A stretch of DNA of 64,000 nt from the NCBI RefSeq assembly GCF_006345805.1, contig NC_043003.1:106020001-106084000 (forward strand), in the 5' to 3' direction. This document shows positions 24,357 to 37,084 of this stretch, one piece after another. The notes beneath the pieces are model-generated. The model saw only the letters and a program-made list of their open reading frames with translations. It ran no database searches and was not told the DNA's origin. Position 1 is the stretch's first letter. Every line of letters begins with the position of its first letter. The DNA is from Octopus sinensis (lineage: Eukaryota). Both the position numbers and the translations under genes were made by a program.

Positions 24357-24695
24357 CTTTTAATGAAAAATATATTTCACATTTAGCAGTTATATATGAT
24401 AAGACGATGTAAGCATGAAAACATTAACGGAGGTTCGGGAATCTGTGGAACAAATGCATCGATGTGCTTCGTTCCAACTTGATAAAAACTAGAAATGCAT
24501 GCTAGAACATTCTCTCATAGGCTCGTGTCCTTTTCACGAAGGTAGTTTTTCTTTTGTTTCAGCGAGTCATTCAGAAATCAAAATTAATTGCCCTAATTAA
24601 TGAACACATAGAATCATGAAAATTGATATGGTTGATAAGCGATAAAAACTAACAATAGTATGCAGCTACAACAACATACACCTATGACACTTAGA

Positions 24696-24912
24696 TACAG
24701 AATCTCTCGGCTATCGCAGGTGTTCCAACCCCCACCCCGTGATAGGTGAAAATCCACGAAGTAGAAACAGTACTGCATATTTTTGAAATCATTTCTATAA
24801 TTTGTATATATTTATTTTATTATAAATGCAAAACAACACCACGGAGGAATCGACGTAAGCTTAAATAATAAACCGCGATAGGCGAACCGCGATATGGCGT
24901 GGGATTACTGTA
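24696..24912. mobile_element. Short Tigger/pogo-like MITE
   Basis: tacag(a)atc.ctcg..tatcgc ... gcgatat.gcgtgggattactgta imperfect TIRs with TA ends. Confidence 0.45.
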
Positions 24913-25001
24913 GCTTCCATTCAATTCCAATCTTTCGAGTCTGATTCGTTTACTAGCATGCTGCTTTGCACGAGTAGCATTTCTCTCTATTCACACACAC
25001 A

Positions 25002-25087
<86 letters not shown>

Positions 25088-25985
25088 TAAAGAATGGAGT
25101 AGATAATATCCGGGCTACATATGTTTCACAGCTAGCGGAACCTCCGAAGCAGTAAACCTCCAAGGGATGTGGATGCGTATACCGCAGGCTACTCTGCAGG
25201 CCAAGGATATATTGATTATGTGTTCGGACGTGACAGCTTTTAGAAACCGTTATGCTAATTGCACTTCTCAAGAAGCGCTATACGGCATTATTCATTATTC
25301 AAAATTGCACCAGCAAATCGAATTTAACCGATCAATATGGATCCATATCGATTTCTTCTTAGGGGTGATGAATAATAAAAGTGTAAATGTAATTATGTGT
25401 ACATATATATATTTATATGTATGTATGTATATACGCGTGCATTCATGTATGTGTGCGTGTGTATATGTATATGTATATGTCGACATGCATACGGATTAAT
25501 GCATATGTGCATACATACATATATACATATACATATACACACGCACACATACGTATGTATGATGATGTCTGTGTACGTGATGATTTGTGCCTATGCGTAA
25601 ATGTATGTAAATAAATGTGAATGTGTGTTTGTATGCATACATATACATGTATGGACGTACAGATGAATGTATGAACACGTGTAGGTCTATATGTGTGCAA
25701 TTATGTTATATACATACACATTTTCTCAACTTTATACACAACTTACAAAGGTACTTTACTTCCTTATTTTATTTATATTGTACTTTATTTACATTGTACT
25801 TTATTTTTATTGTAATTTACTCTATAATCTCTATTTATTCATTCATTTATTATTCTGTTTACCTAATCAATCCTACCTCCAACCAATCTGCAAACACCTG
25901 TATAGATACAAACCATAAATAGTATCATTTAGTGTACTACAATGAACTTACAAACGAACATACATAACATCTAGTGGTACTTTTT

Positions 25986-26067
25986 GTCTCTGAAGAGATT
26001 ATGCTCAAAAATATGAATATAATACTTAATTAACTTCACTGTGTATAATCGAAACAGCTGTAAGGGA
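25986..26067 (+). ncRNA. Hammerhead motif with extended stem II loop
   Basis: CUGAAGA-GAUUAU(42 nt)AUAAUC-GAAA-CAGCUG-UA^-AGG; stem I only about 3 bp. Confidence 0.6.
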
Positions 26068-26376
26068 TAATGATCGATTTGTTACAGATAATAAACACTT
26101 ATTAACTTCAAAATCTCCATTTTCTTCTTTTTTCCTTTGCATTTATAGAAACTACAGTTTATATGCAAACCTATTATTTTAAGGAAATCAATTCCCCAAC
26201 AAAATATTAGTTATTGAACCAGTATTTCCTTGGATGAATCATCCCGTCAAGAGGCTAACATAACCTCTAACTGAATACATACATATACATACATACAGAA
26301 ATATATATTAATCTATATATATATAATATATTCTATATATATATATATTATATATATTATATATATAATATATATA

Positions 26377-26457
<81 letters not shown>

Positions 26458-26461
<4 letters not shown>

Positions 26462-26874
26462 CGCAGGAGTGGCTGTGTGGTAAGTAGATTGCTAACCAAC
26501 CACATGCTTCCGGGTTCAGTCCCACTGCATGGCATCTTGGGCAAGTGTCTTCTGCTATGGCCCCGGGCCGACCAATACCTTGTGAGTGGATTTGGTAGAC
26601 GGAAACTGAAAGAAGCCTGTCATATATATGTATATATATGTATATGTATGTATGTGTTTGTGTGTCTGTGTTTGTATTCCTAGCATTGCTTGACAACCGA
26701 TGATGGTGTGTTTACGTCCCCGTCACTTAGCGGTTCGGCAAAAGAGACCGATAGAATAAGTACTGGTCTTACAAAGAATAAGTCCCGGGGTCGAGTTGCT
26801 CGACTAAAGGCGGTGCTCCAGCATGGCCGCAGTCAAATGACTGCTGAAACATGTAAAAGAGTAAAGAGTAAAGA

Positions 26875-26880
<6 letters not shown>
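26458..26880 (+). mobile_element. SINE B full length
   Basis: All family B segments present. Confidence 0.92.
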
Positions 26881-26916
<36 letters not shown>

Positions 26917-27160
26917 CTGAGGCATTGCGAGGCTAATAAACCGGTGTCGAATTCAATGTATGTGTATTTCAGAACGAAATGTTTGCCGAGTATAGAGTGG
27001 TAATAAGGAAGGGAGATGACAAAGGAATAATTGATTGTCTTATGAACTTCATAATATATACACACACAAATACACACACACACACATATCTGTTGTACTT
27101 TCCTAATTTTCTCTATATATACATAGTCACTTAAATACCTAATAAGATTATTTGACTTAC

Positions 27161-27311
27161 CCGTTAATTACGCCAGCGCAGTCGGTACATGTAGCATTAT
27201 TTCCATTACATACGCCACAAGCGTCTTTGAACCCATCAGGTAAAGTTTCATTCCATTGCACGCATTGGTTACATGTATAGTTGTTCTGGTAGGCTTTGTA
27301 CGCTGTTTGAC
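27161..27311 (-). CDS. Exon C; GQTAYKAYQNNYTCNQCVQWNETLPDGFKDACGVCNGNNATCTDCAGVING
   Basis: Acceptor tattacAG, donor GG|GTAAGT; 151 bp, phase 1-2; same Cys repeat. Confidence 0.9.
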
Positions 27312-27362
27312 CTGTAATAGGTTGAAAAAATATAGATATAGAATATATATATATAGTAGGAA

Positions 27363-27762
27363 ACTAGCAGTATAGCCCAGCGTTGATCGGGCTTGTTTTC
27401 TTTTCGACCCTTTAGAAGTGGAATTTTTGAAAAGTAAAAATTTTGCATTATGTAGCTTGTTATTCTCTTCTAGTGAACATTCTTCTTGTTGAAATACACC
27501 GAAAAATGGTGACGCAGCAGTCAAAAAATCGTAAAAATAGGGATTTTCATAGAAAAAAAGCACCTTTTTGATGTAAATAATTTTTGGTGTTAACATGGTT
27601 CGATTTGAATTTTTTTCTTCTACGAAATGAGGAGCAAGCCTTCTTCTATCATACTCTCAATTTTGGTCAATTTGCGCCGCAGGGTCTCGGAGGAGATAGT
27701 GTTAGTTGAAGGCTACCAAACCTGCCACATATACAGACAACTTCAGCTTTATATAGAGAGAT
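27363..27762 (+). mobile_element. Helentron/DINE-like non-autonomous element
   Basis: Starts actagcagtatagcccagcgttgatcggg, ends tttatatagagagat; same 5' end as 6011-6407. Confidence 0.5.
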
Positions 27763-28367
27763 TTAATTGTTATAATGATTAAGCAGCGATATGAATGTGT
27801 GACAAAAAAGAATCCCCCATTTCTGTTATTCTCCTGAACGAAGTCAAAATTCTCATCGCCTCTTAAAGATGATTTCGTTGAAGGAATTGGAAGACCAGTT
27901 ACATAGGCTGAACATATGGAATGGAAAGTATAAGACAGGGGTATTGTGAGAAAAAAGAAGGGAGACAAACGGAGAGGAAGGAGATAAAGAGGGGAAAAGA
28001 AGGTAAGAGACAAAGACTTTTCCTTCTTTTCTTTCTCTCCACCCCCCTTCGTCTCTCCATCGCCTTCCTCAGAGACGCTTCCTCTTTCCTGTTAATTTAA
28101 GAGACAGAATTGATAATTTTGCTTAGTAGCGAGATAACAGATGGCGACGAAAGGACTTAGACAAACTAATCTGATTACTAAACGATTAAGCTAACATTCG
28201 ATTGGTTAAATGTCTAACTAATAGACCAATAGTAATGATAACGGAAGTGGAAAAGAAGTAGCCCGTATGTTATCATTAGAGATACAACAGCAAGACACAC
28301 ACACATTGATAGATTACTACATGGATACATGCGGATGTACGTACATATGCACGTACGTACATGCATA

Positions 28368-28672
28368 CGTGAAGGCGCGTGGCTTAGTGGTTAGGGCATT
28401 CGGCTCACGATTGTAAGGTCGTGAGTTCGATTCCGGGTGACGCGTTGTGTCCTTGAGCAAGACACTTTATTTCACGTTGCTCCAGTCCATTCAGCTGGCA
28501 AACATGAGTTGTACCTGTATTTCAAAGGGCCGGCCTTGTCACACTTTGTGTCACGCTGAATCTCCCTGAGAACTACGTTAAGGGGTACACGTGTCTGTGG
28601 AGTGCTCAGCCACTTGCACGTAAATTTCACGAGCAGCTGGGACCCTCGTCGTCGTAACCGACGGAGTGCTCC
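28368..28672 (+). mobile_element. SINE family D (tRNA head, ccttgagcaagacact core, C-type tail)
   Basis: gcgcgtggcttagtggttagg...gagttcgattcc; related copies at 39138-39445 (+) and 36400-36632 (-). Confidence 0.85.
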
Positions 28673-29208
28673 TACATGCTTACATATAAACATACATGTG
28701 TGTGTGAGTGGGGGGGGTGTATGAATATATATACATGCATATATGTGTGTGTGTGTGTGTGTGCATGTGTGTGTGTGCATGTGTGTGTGTGCATGTGGGT
28801 GTGTGCGATTGCCGCCGTTTATTCGTTTATTCGTTCTCAAATATAGGAAGACGATGCTGGAACGTCAAGCGATGCATGTGTATGATGCTTTTTAAGTGAG
28901 AGGCTTTGCTCACAACCAATTTCACTCCCTGAAAAACGATGGCAGATACCCCCAAAAGACCTACTCAACATTGACTGCCTTGGAACCGCAGGTTTCACGT
29001 CAGTGTTTTTCTACTCGTATAGCGATGCCCTAACAAGTACTAGGGGTCACTCACTCCTGGTGATGTAGGACACCATGCCTACGTTTTGATTCTCATGCTG
29101 CTCTGCCGACTGAACCTGTTGTGCCTAACCACTGTTGAAAACATGTCAACCACCCTCTGCGCAGCCGCTGCATTTTCTGCACCAAATTCATCAGTATATC
29201 GATAATAT

Positions 29209-29596
29209 ATTTCTTTATTGCCCACAGGGGGCTAAACATAGAGCGGACAAACAAGGACAGACAAACGGATTAAGTTGATTATATCGACTCCAGTGCGTAA
29301 CTGGTACTTATTTAATCGACTCCAAAAGGATGAAAGGCAAAGCCGACCTCAGCGGAATTTGAACTCAGAACGTAACGGCAGACGAAATACCTATTTCTTT
29401 ACTACCCACAAAGGGCTAGACACGGAGGGGAGAACCAAGGACAGACAAACGGATTAAGTCGATTATATCGACTCCAGTGCGTAACTGGTACTTATTTAAT
29501 CGACCCCGAAAGGAAGAAAGGCAAAGCCGACCTCGGCAGAATTTGAACTCAGAACGTAGCGGCAGACGAAATACTGCCAAGCATTTCGCCCGGCGT
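29209..29596 (-). mobile_element. SINE A dimer
   Basis: Reverse complement of family A units. Confidence 0.9.
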
Positions 29597-29899
29597 TATT
29601 GCTGCAGGACCAACCGTGATCCGTGAGAAATAGCAAGACCAAGATTGTGTACACAGTATTGGATGGGGGTTGACTTTAAAGAGTTCATCCGTCCTGTGAC
29701 AGTTTTGTTTTTCATCTTGCAGGGTTCCCAACCACCCTCCTTTACTAACCAAGCTTAGTGGGGTCGCAAGTTTAGTCGCCGCCGACCCGACCAAGCAGCA
29801 GCTTGAACTGGATTATATGTTAGCAGTAGCGCTCACAAACAACCTGACAAATACATACATACGCACGTTCATAGACTGATAGATAAATAGATATTTTTT

Positions 29900-30398
29900 T
29901 GTGACCCTCTTCGGTCATAAATGACCGTGGGATTGCACCTAGAAAGTTACCCTCCGAGTCACAAGTCTTGGCAAGGTTGTTTATGGAAGACCAGCAGTCG
30001 CCCATGCATACCAGCCTCCCCTCTCCACGCCACCGATGTTACCCAAGGGAAAGGTAAAGGCCGATACAGCTTGGCACCAGTGACGCCGCAGCTCATTTAT
30101 TAACGTGCAAGTGGCTGAGCACTCCACAGACACGTGTACCCTTCACGTGGTTCTCGGGGAGATTCAGCGTGAGTGTGACAAGGCTGGCCCTTTGAAATAC
30201 AGGTACAACAGAAACAGGAAGAAAGAGAGAAAGTTGTGGTGAAAGACTACAGCAGGGTTCGCCACCACCCCTGCCGGAGCCTCGTGGAGCTTTAGGTATA
30301 TTAGATCAATAAACACTCACAATGCCCGGTCTGGGAATCGAAACCGCGATCCTACGACCACGAGCCCGCTGCCTTAACCACTGGGCCATTGCGCCTCC
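29900..30398 (-). mobile_element. SINE C joined to the tail of another SINE
   Basis: 30100-30398 is family C; 29900-30099 is a different repeated tail. Confidence 0.75.
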
Positions 30399-30534
30399 AG
30401 ATAAATACATATAGATAGATAAATATAGATACATAGACAGACAGACTGACAAACAGATAGATAGATAGATAGATCTGTAGTTTGGTAGGTATGTAGGTAT
30501 GTCGGTAGGTAGCTAGCTAGATAGACAGAAATAC

Positions 30535-30735
30535 CTGGTGCGTGGCAAGTTCCTGCGCAATCTTGAAAGTCGCTTCCATTTTTCTTTTCCCCATTGACAC
30601 AGTATCCGCAATTGTCTTTATATGCTGTACCATTGCAAACATCGTTGCAATCAAAACCATATTTTTGTGTTCTATTAGTCACACCGCCCACGCAGTAACC
30701 ACAATCGCTGATAGTTGCAGTACCATTACATGTCC
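30535..30735 (-). CDS. Exon B; Cys-rich repeats TCNGTATISDCGYCVGG...DCNDVCNGTAYKDNCGYCVNG...DCAGTCHAP
   Basis: Acceptor tttcAG, donor CAG|GTATTT; 201 bp, phase 1-1; open frame with repeated D-C-x-G/D-x-C-G-x-C motifs. Confidence 0.9.
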
Positions 30736-30860
30736 CTGAAACAGAAATTAGTAATTAATGTTATTCAGAGAATAATTGTTTTGCTTCATTGTTGTTAACT
30801 ACTGTCGAAGAAGAGCGAAAAAAAAAAACAGATGAAGGACTCAAAATATAAAAATAAAGC

Positions 30861-30865
<5 letters not shown>

Positions 30866-30922
<57 letters not shown>
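30866..30922. repeat. (TAA)n microsatellite
   Basis: Direct reading. Confidence 0.95.
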
Positions 30923-30926
<4 letters not shown>

Positions 30927-31002
30927 TAGGAGGGAATATTATTCCAAACTTACAGGGAAAAATTCAATTTAGAAATACTAAATCAAATTTCACAAAAATA
31001 TA

Positions 31003-31034
<32 letters not shown>

Positions 31035-31059
31035 ATATTATATTATATATATATATACA

Positions 31060-32326
31060 CGGGGGCGTTCAATAAGTAATGCCCCTGACCCACTTGCAGT
31101 TGTTTGATCTAGCTGAAATTTTGCATGTGCACTTATTTATACCTCTATAGATTAAGTGGCGAATTACAGCTCTGAACTAATTGTGGTTTCTGATTTACAG
31201 GTGTTTGAACTGAGTCAAGTGTGAAATGGAGCCTGTTGAGTGTCGAGCAGTGATCTGGTTTTTGTATTTGAAAGGACGCACACCACGGGAGACTTTTGAT
31301 GAAATGAAAGTAACTTATGGTGATGATGCCCCATCATATGACCTTGTAAAACGCTGGCATTGTGAATTCAAACATAGTCGGAACTCTGTGGAAACAGCTC
31401 CCAGATCTGGTCGCCCCCTTCTGCCGTTGATGAGACGTCTGTCCGTCAAGTTGAGGCTGCCATTTTGGAAGGTCAATGCATAACTATTCGCCAAATAGCC
31501 CATAAGGTCAAGATTAGTACCGGGTCTGTGGAAACTATCATTCATGACCATTTGCATATGCAAAAGGTGTCTGCCAGATGGATTTCCAGGTTGTTCACAC
31601 CTTTCCAAGCAAGAACGCGTTGAGTGCTCGAGGATGAATTTGGAGATGTGCCAAGAAGATGAGTCAAAATATTTCAAAAGACTGATCACACAGGATAAAA
31701 CCTGGGTCCATCACTATGATCCATAGACCAAAGCCCAGTCAATGCAGTGAAAGCACCGTGACTCACCTCCTCCAAAGAAGGCAAGGGTGCAGCCCTCCGC
31801 TGACAAGGTTATGCTCACAGTCTTCTGGGACCAGGACGGAGTAGTGATGACAGATTTCCTGGCAAAGGGTACCACAATTACAGGAGCCTATTATGCTTCA
31901 CTTTTGAGGAAATTAAGAGAAGCTATCAAAATCAAGAGGCGGGGCAAGATCAGCAAAGGCATCCTCCTCCTGCAGGACAACGCTCCGGTCCACAACTCGC
32001 GTGTCGCCAGATCAGAAGCACAGGCGTGCAGCTATGAACTCCTCCCCTTGCACCCTCTGATTTTCACCTCTTCCCAGCCATGAAGTTGATTTTGAAAGGA
32101 AAGCGTTTCCCAGATGATGCAGCCTTGATTTCTGAAGTCACGTCGTGGTTGGAGGACCAAGCTGGGGTCTTCTACAAAAACGGTCTCCAGAGTTGTATCA
32201 AACGATGGGAGAAATGCATAACTCTGGGTAGTTCCTATGTAGGAAAAGACTAATAACTGTGCCAAGTGTCGTTGCTCTACTGCTATGGGAAGTGGGTCAG
32301 GGGCATTACTTATTGAACGCCCCTCG
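31060..32326 (+). mobile_element. Near full-length mariner (DD34D-type) transposon, transposase pseudogene
   Basis: TIRs cg(a)ggggcgttcaataagtaatgcccctgaccc; MEPVECRAVIWFL, ITQDKTWVHHYDP, KVMLTVFWD, LQDNAPVH, LAPSDF; frameshifts and stops. Confidence 0.95.
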
Positions 32327-32470
32327 TATATATATATATAAATTAAATAAAAACCACCTTTTATCAATTCAATAATGAATATATATATATATTTATAATG
32401 TGACCGCGTGTGTACCGTTGGCGATTTGTTTTCCTCAGTTTTCCCTTCTTTGGATCTTTCCTTTTGCTAT

Positions 32471-32505
32471 GTTTCTGACGAAGAGCTCCGCTCGAAGCGT
32501 TAAAC
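32471..32505 (+). ncRNA. Minimal hammerhead motif with A15.1G change
   Basis: GUUU-CUGACGA-A-GAGC(UCC)GCUC-GAAG-CGUU-AAAC; the inverted partial copy at 33157-33180 retains GAAA. Confidence 0.65.
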
Positions 32506-32833
32506 CCTCCTTCTTTCCTGAGCGTCCAATAATAATACTATACTTGTTCCACGTCCTCGCGTTGTTGTGTTTTCATGTTTGGATTAGCTTTGACATTCAT
32601 TTAACAAACATCCTAAATTAAACACCACATGGATTTAATCACATGGATCTTAATCCGCCAAGGTAATTTTTCCAAGGACTATCATTGAACTCGAGATACA
32701 CAAAGACTTTACAATCTATCGGTGTACCTATTTTTTAATTTTTGTATATGTTTATTATTTTTTTGCCAAAAACATTGTAATTTTCTTTTTTCCCCATCCT
32801 CAATTATAAAAAAAAATTTTCTTTTCACCTTAC

Positions 32834-32875
32834 AATTCTTGAAAAGTCGCATTGCGACGAAAACCGGTTGGAATT
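32834..32875 (+). ncRNA. Divergent hammerhead-like motif (U3/A8 core)
   Basis: UUGAAAA-GUCGC(AUU)GCGAC-GAAA-ACCGGUU; 5-bp stem II, palindromic stem III, G at position 17. Confidence 0.35.
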
Positions 32876-33026
32876 AATATATGTATATTAAAAAAAAATT
32901 TTCTTTTAATTTTCCATACACCCATTTTCATTAATATTTACCTTCAACTTAGCATTCTGCCTTTTTATAATTTTTCCTTGCCTATCATTTCTCCACGCGC
33001 GGTCAACACAACCCCACCATTTATTG

Positions 33027-33062
<36 letters not shown>

Positions 33063-33769
33063 AATCCAAACAAGAAAGCACAAAAAAAAACACAACGCGA
33101 GGACGTGGAACAAATATAGTATTATTGGACGCTCGGGAAAGAAGGAAAGAAGGAGGGTTTAACGTTTCGAGCGGAGCTCTATTGATATATTGCTTATTTA
33201 ACTGTAGCGTTACATAAGTGTCTAATGTCTAATATCTCCGCTACCAGACAACGCTATCGCATGGGTTTCCCTTCCTGAAGCTTCAAATGTAATTTTGTTG
33301 TTGCTCATAGGAAAGATTTTTAGTTGCTGTGTTTCAGACCTAGCTGTGTTTCAGTAACAAATATATGCACATTAACAAAAATATAGGTTCGGGTTATTCC
33401 ACTAACAGTGCACGGTTTAGAAAGGTAAGACCTACCTCATCTAATAATTCAAAATGGTGCAATTTGTTTTAGAAATATCGCGCCAAAAAACCACTATACG
33501 AAGAAATACAGAGCAAATGTTGAGTTACAGGCACGGTATCAAATTCTTTGCTATTCTCTTCGGACAAAATGACAGAGCATCATTTGCACACCAACATATT
33601 GGCTTAAACAATAAAATGTGCGAGATCTGTCTTCAAATTTCTGGACGCTTGCTGCTTTCGTTGTTTGGTATTTCAAACACATATATTAGAAGATAAACGG
33701 CGTCTTTGAAAATCCAAACAGCGAATATTTAGACACAATACAAAAACTTCTTTTCAGAGATTTCGTGTC

Positions 33770-34216
33770 GGATCTTTTCAGTTTGAACGGCAGCTTTTTC
33801 TAGCGGAGTCATATGAAATTGTCACCCATAATTATGACCCTAGTATCGATCTATTGCATTTCAATCTGTTTTAGGGTTAGGGTTTGTTAGGGTTAGGGTT
33901 AGTGTTAGGGTTAGGGGTGGGGGGAAGGGTATCTTTTTTTTTCTTCACAAATGTAAATAAACCCAATCTGTTTCTTAAACGAGGGACATATTCATACGGC
34001 ACAGAATGTTTTTTTTACCTCAATGGACGTCAGTGATTGGTTGAAATTGCAGAAATTGAAGAAAAAACAACAAATATCTTACAAACTATAGAATTTTCTC
34101 AATAAAGCCAAGAGAAAAAGATGTTTTATAAACACATTCTACCAGTATACGAAGTTTAAAATGTTTTAGTTACCTAGAAATTATGTTAAAAACTGCCGTT
34201 CAAACCGAAAAGATCC
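33770..34216. mobile_element. MITE with GGATCT ends and internal TTAGGG repeats
   Basis: TIR ggatcttttc(a/g)gtttgaacggcag; perfect 8-bp TSD ttcgtgtc. Confidence 0.85.
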
Positions 34217-34362
34217 TTCGTGTCATTTTGTTTTTTGAGTCTTTTATTATATAATGAATAACTTTTAATTTAAGAAATATTGCGACTGTATCAAGAAGGT
34301 TTTGCAAAAATGTGTGTGTGTGAGAAAGAGTTTGTATAAGCATGTATGTATTCTTACTATAT

Positions 34363-34394
<32 letters not shown>

Positions 34395-35143
34395 ATATAT
34401 ATATATATATAATATATATATATATATATAACTTCTACAACTAAACTTTATCAATCTCCTGACCACCATGTTTGGTCCGTAACCTCTATACATCCCTTAT
34501 CTTTATATTTTTTTACATTTTTATCATGTTTATTCCTATTTTTATTTTTTTACTTTTTACTTTTATTTCTGTTTCTATCTTTACTTTATAACCTTATGCC
34601 TTTACATTCATTTATATTTCTTTATATTTCTTTATATTCTTTATACCCCCTTTACATCTCCTTATATCCCTTTATATCTTTATACTCTACATTTTATATT
34701 TTCTATACTTACACTTTTTATACATACATTTTTATCCCTCGTCCTGAATTCTCGCCCCTCCATCTTCACGTCTATATATGTATTTATTTATTTACATTAC
34801 TTCAACATCCAAATTTCCTCATTCTACATTGAGAGAAGAAAGAGATGGACGCTTCAATTCTATGCTGTTGCCGCATTATGTAGTACGCGAATGAGAGGAT
34901 TTGCATCCCCAACCAAGAATTTTTGATGTAACACATGTCCTTGTGGAAGCTGTTGTGCGCGGCTGAAGAAGGCCACAGACATACATTATGCATTGTTATA
35001 AATCTGTCTAATAAAGGCCCGAAACATATGTACCGCTGAATCCTTGGCATCATGTTTTTATTTTGATCAATTTACTCCACCACCTGCACCACCAAACGGT
35101 ATACACAGGTGCTTATAATTATCAAGTACTCACCCCGAATTTC

Positions 35144-35183
<40 letters not shown>

Positions 35184-35912
35184 CATGAATGTATTCATGA
35201 ACTATGCATATGTGTGTGTATATGCGTGTATATGTGCATGAGTGCGTGTGCGTTGGTGTGTCTAAGAGCAGGAAGAGACCTTTTCTACTTCATAAACGCA
35301 GCTCCTTGAGATTTTTGTTCTGCATCGACTTAGAAGCAGAAATACAGCGAATTGGTAATTTGTCCGCTGAAAGTGCGCAACCAAAGATAGATAAATATAG
35401 ATACATAGACAGATAGATTACAATATTACTTCTAACCGGGTGAGTCAAAAATAAACGAAGGCTTCTGAAAATAATTATACAAAGAGACTAATTCAATGAA
35501 ACCCTATTTGTAACATCAAGTTAATGAGGTTTTTTTTTTTTTCTTCATAAATCCATTGATTCATGTTCTATAAGGTAATTAACATAAATACTGTCTTTGG
35601 ATTCATTGGTGATCAATAATTACAATAATGAATACATTAGTATTGATATGTTGAGGTCTATTCATTGATAGCTAGACTTTTGTTATATACTTAGACATTA
35701 GATAATTTATTAAAGATCTCTATGGATTATCTAAAAGTGATGCTAATATTATGCTAATATCACCAAAATAAACAAAATCAATTTTATTTACTTATATTAT
35801 AAACCCAGCTTGCAATCAAAGGAAAACCACTTAGTGATATTAATGCACGCTGCGCGAGTAAAAAGTACTTTACCTGCATACGGTGAAAATGATATTACTT
35901 ATATAAGCAAAA

Positions 35913-36316
35913 GGGCGGCGAGCTGGCAGAATCGTTAGCACGCTGGGTGAAGTGCGTAGCCATATTTCGTCTGCCGTTACGTTCTGAGTTCAAATTACGC
36001 CGAGGTCGACTTTGCCTTTCATCCTTTCGGGGTCGATAAATTAAGTACCAGTTACGCACTGGGGCCGATATAATCGACTTAATCCGTTTGTATGTCCTTG
36101 TTTGTCTCCTCTGTGTTTAGCCCCTTGTGTGTAGTAAAGAAATAGGTATTTACTCTGCCGTTACGTTCTGAGTTCAAATTCCGCCGAGGTCGACTTTGCT
36201 TTCATCCTTTCGGGATCAAAAAATTAAGTAGCAGTTGCGTAACTGACGTCGATCTAATCGACGCCCCCTCTCTCCCCTCTCCCAAAATTTCGGGCCTTGT
36301 ACCTAGACTAGAAAAC
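35913..36316 (+). mobile_element. SINE A dimer with 19-bp TSD
   Basis: TSD attacttatataagcaaaa on both flanks; second unit carries the alternative tail. Confidence 0.9.
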
Positions 36317-36715
36317 ATTACTTATATAAGCAAAAAGAAAATCCAAAAGGAGTGGCTTTGTTGTCGCTGCACCTGCTTGAAATTTCCCGCATATAAGTAA
36401 GTACTGTTTCAAGTCCCAGAATTCATAGGGCTGACTATCTAGTTTCCATGACCTATAAATGAACGAGATCTCAACATTACCCCTGGATGAAATACTGGTC
36501 CGTTCAGTGGACGGGAACAACGTGAAATGAAGTGTTTTGCTCAAGAATACAATGCACGTTCCAGTCTAGGAATCGAAACAATGACCTTACGATCGCCAGT
36601 GCAAAACTCTAACCACCCATGCACTCTCACCTCCCTTGTATAACCCCCACCTCCAAACCCCAATGAAAAAGGAAAGAAAAAAAGACACATTAAACAAGCA
36701 TGCGCAGTCGTGGTT

Positions 36716-36946
36716 ATTTCTTTACTGCCCACAAGGGGCTAAACATAGAGGGGACAAACAAGGACAGACAAACGGATTAAGTCGATTACATCAACCCCAG
36801 TGCGTGACTGGTACTTAATTTATCGACCCCGAAAGGATGAAAAGTAAAGTCGACCTCGGCGGAATGTGAACTCAGAACGTAGCGGTAGACGAAATACTGT
36901 TAAGCATTTCGTCCGGCGTGCTACCGGTTCTGCCAGGAGGCCGCCC
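36716..36946 (-). mobile_element. SINE A monomer
   Basis: Flanked by catgcgcagtcgtggtt duplication. Confidence 0.9.
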
Positions 36947-37084
36947 TAAACATGCGCAGTCGTGGTTGTGTCGGAAGAAGCTTGCTTCCGGTTGAAGACT
37001 CTGGTCGTGTTTTGTTGCGCTCTGTAAGTTGTTATCTTTTATTGTTGAAACTGTTAATTATTGTAAACTCTTGTTGAAAATGTA

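Larger units (their letters stand above)
32390..33180. mobile_element. PLE terminal repeat with inverted truncated copy
   Basis: About 32483-32572 is the reverse complement of about 33086-33180; carries hammerhead motifs. Confidence 0.65.

Noticed and set aside
33871-33917. Interstitial telomere or chromosome fusion scar
   Set aside because: Short, degenerate and enclosed within a TIR element
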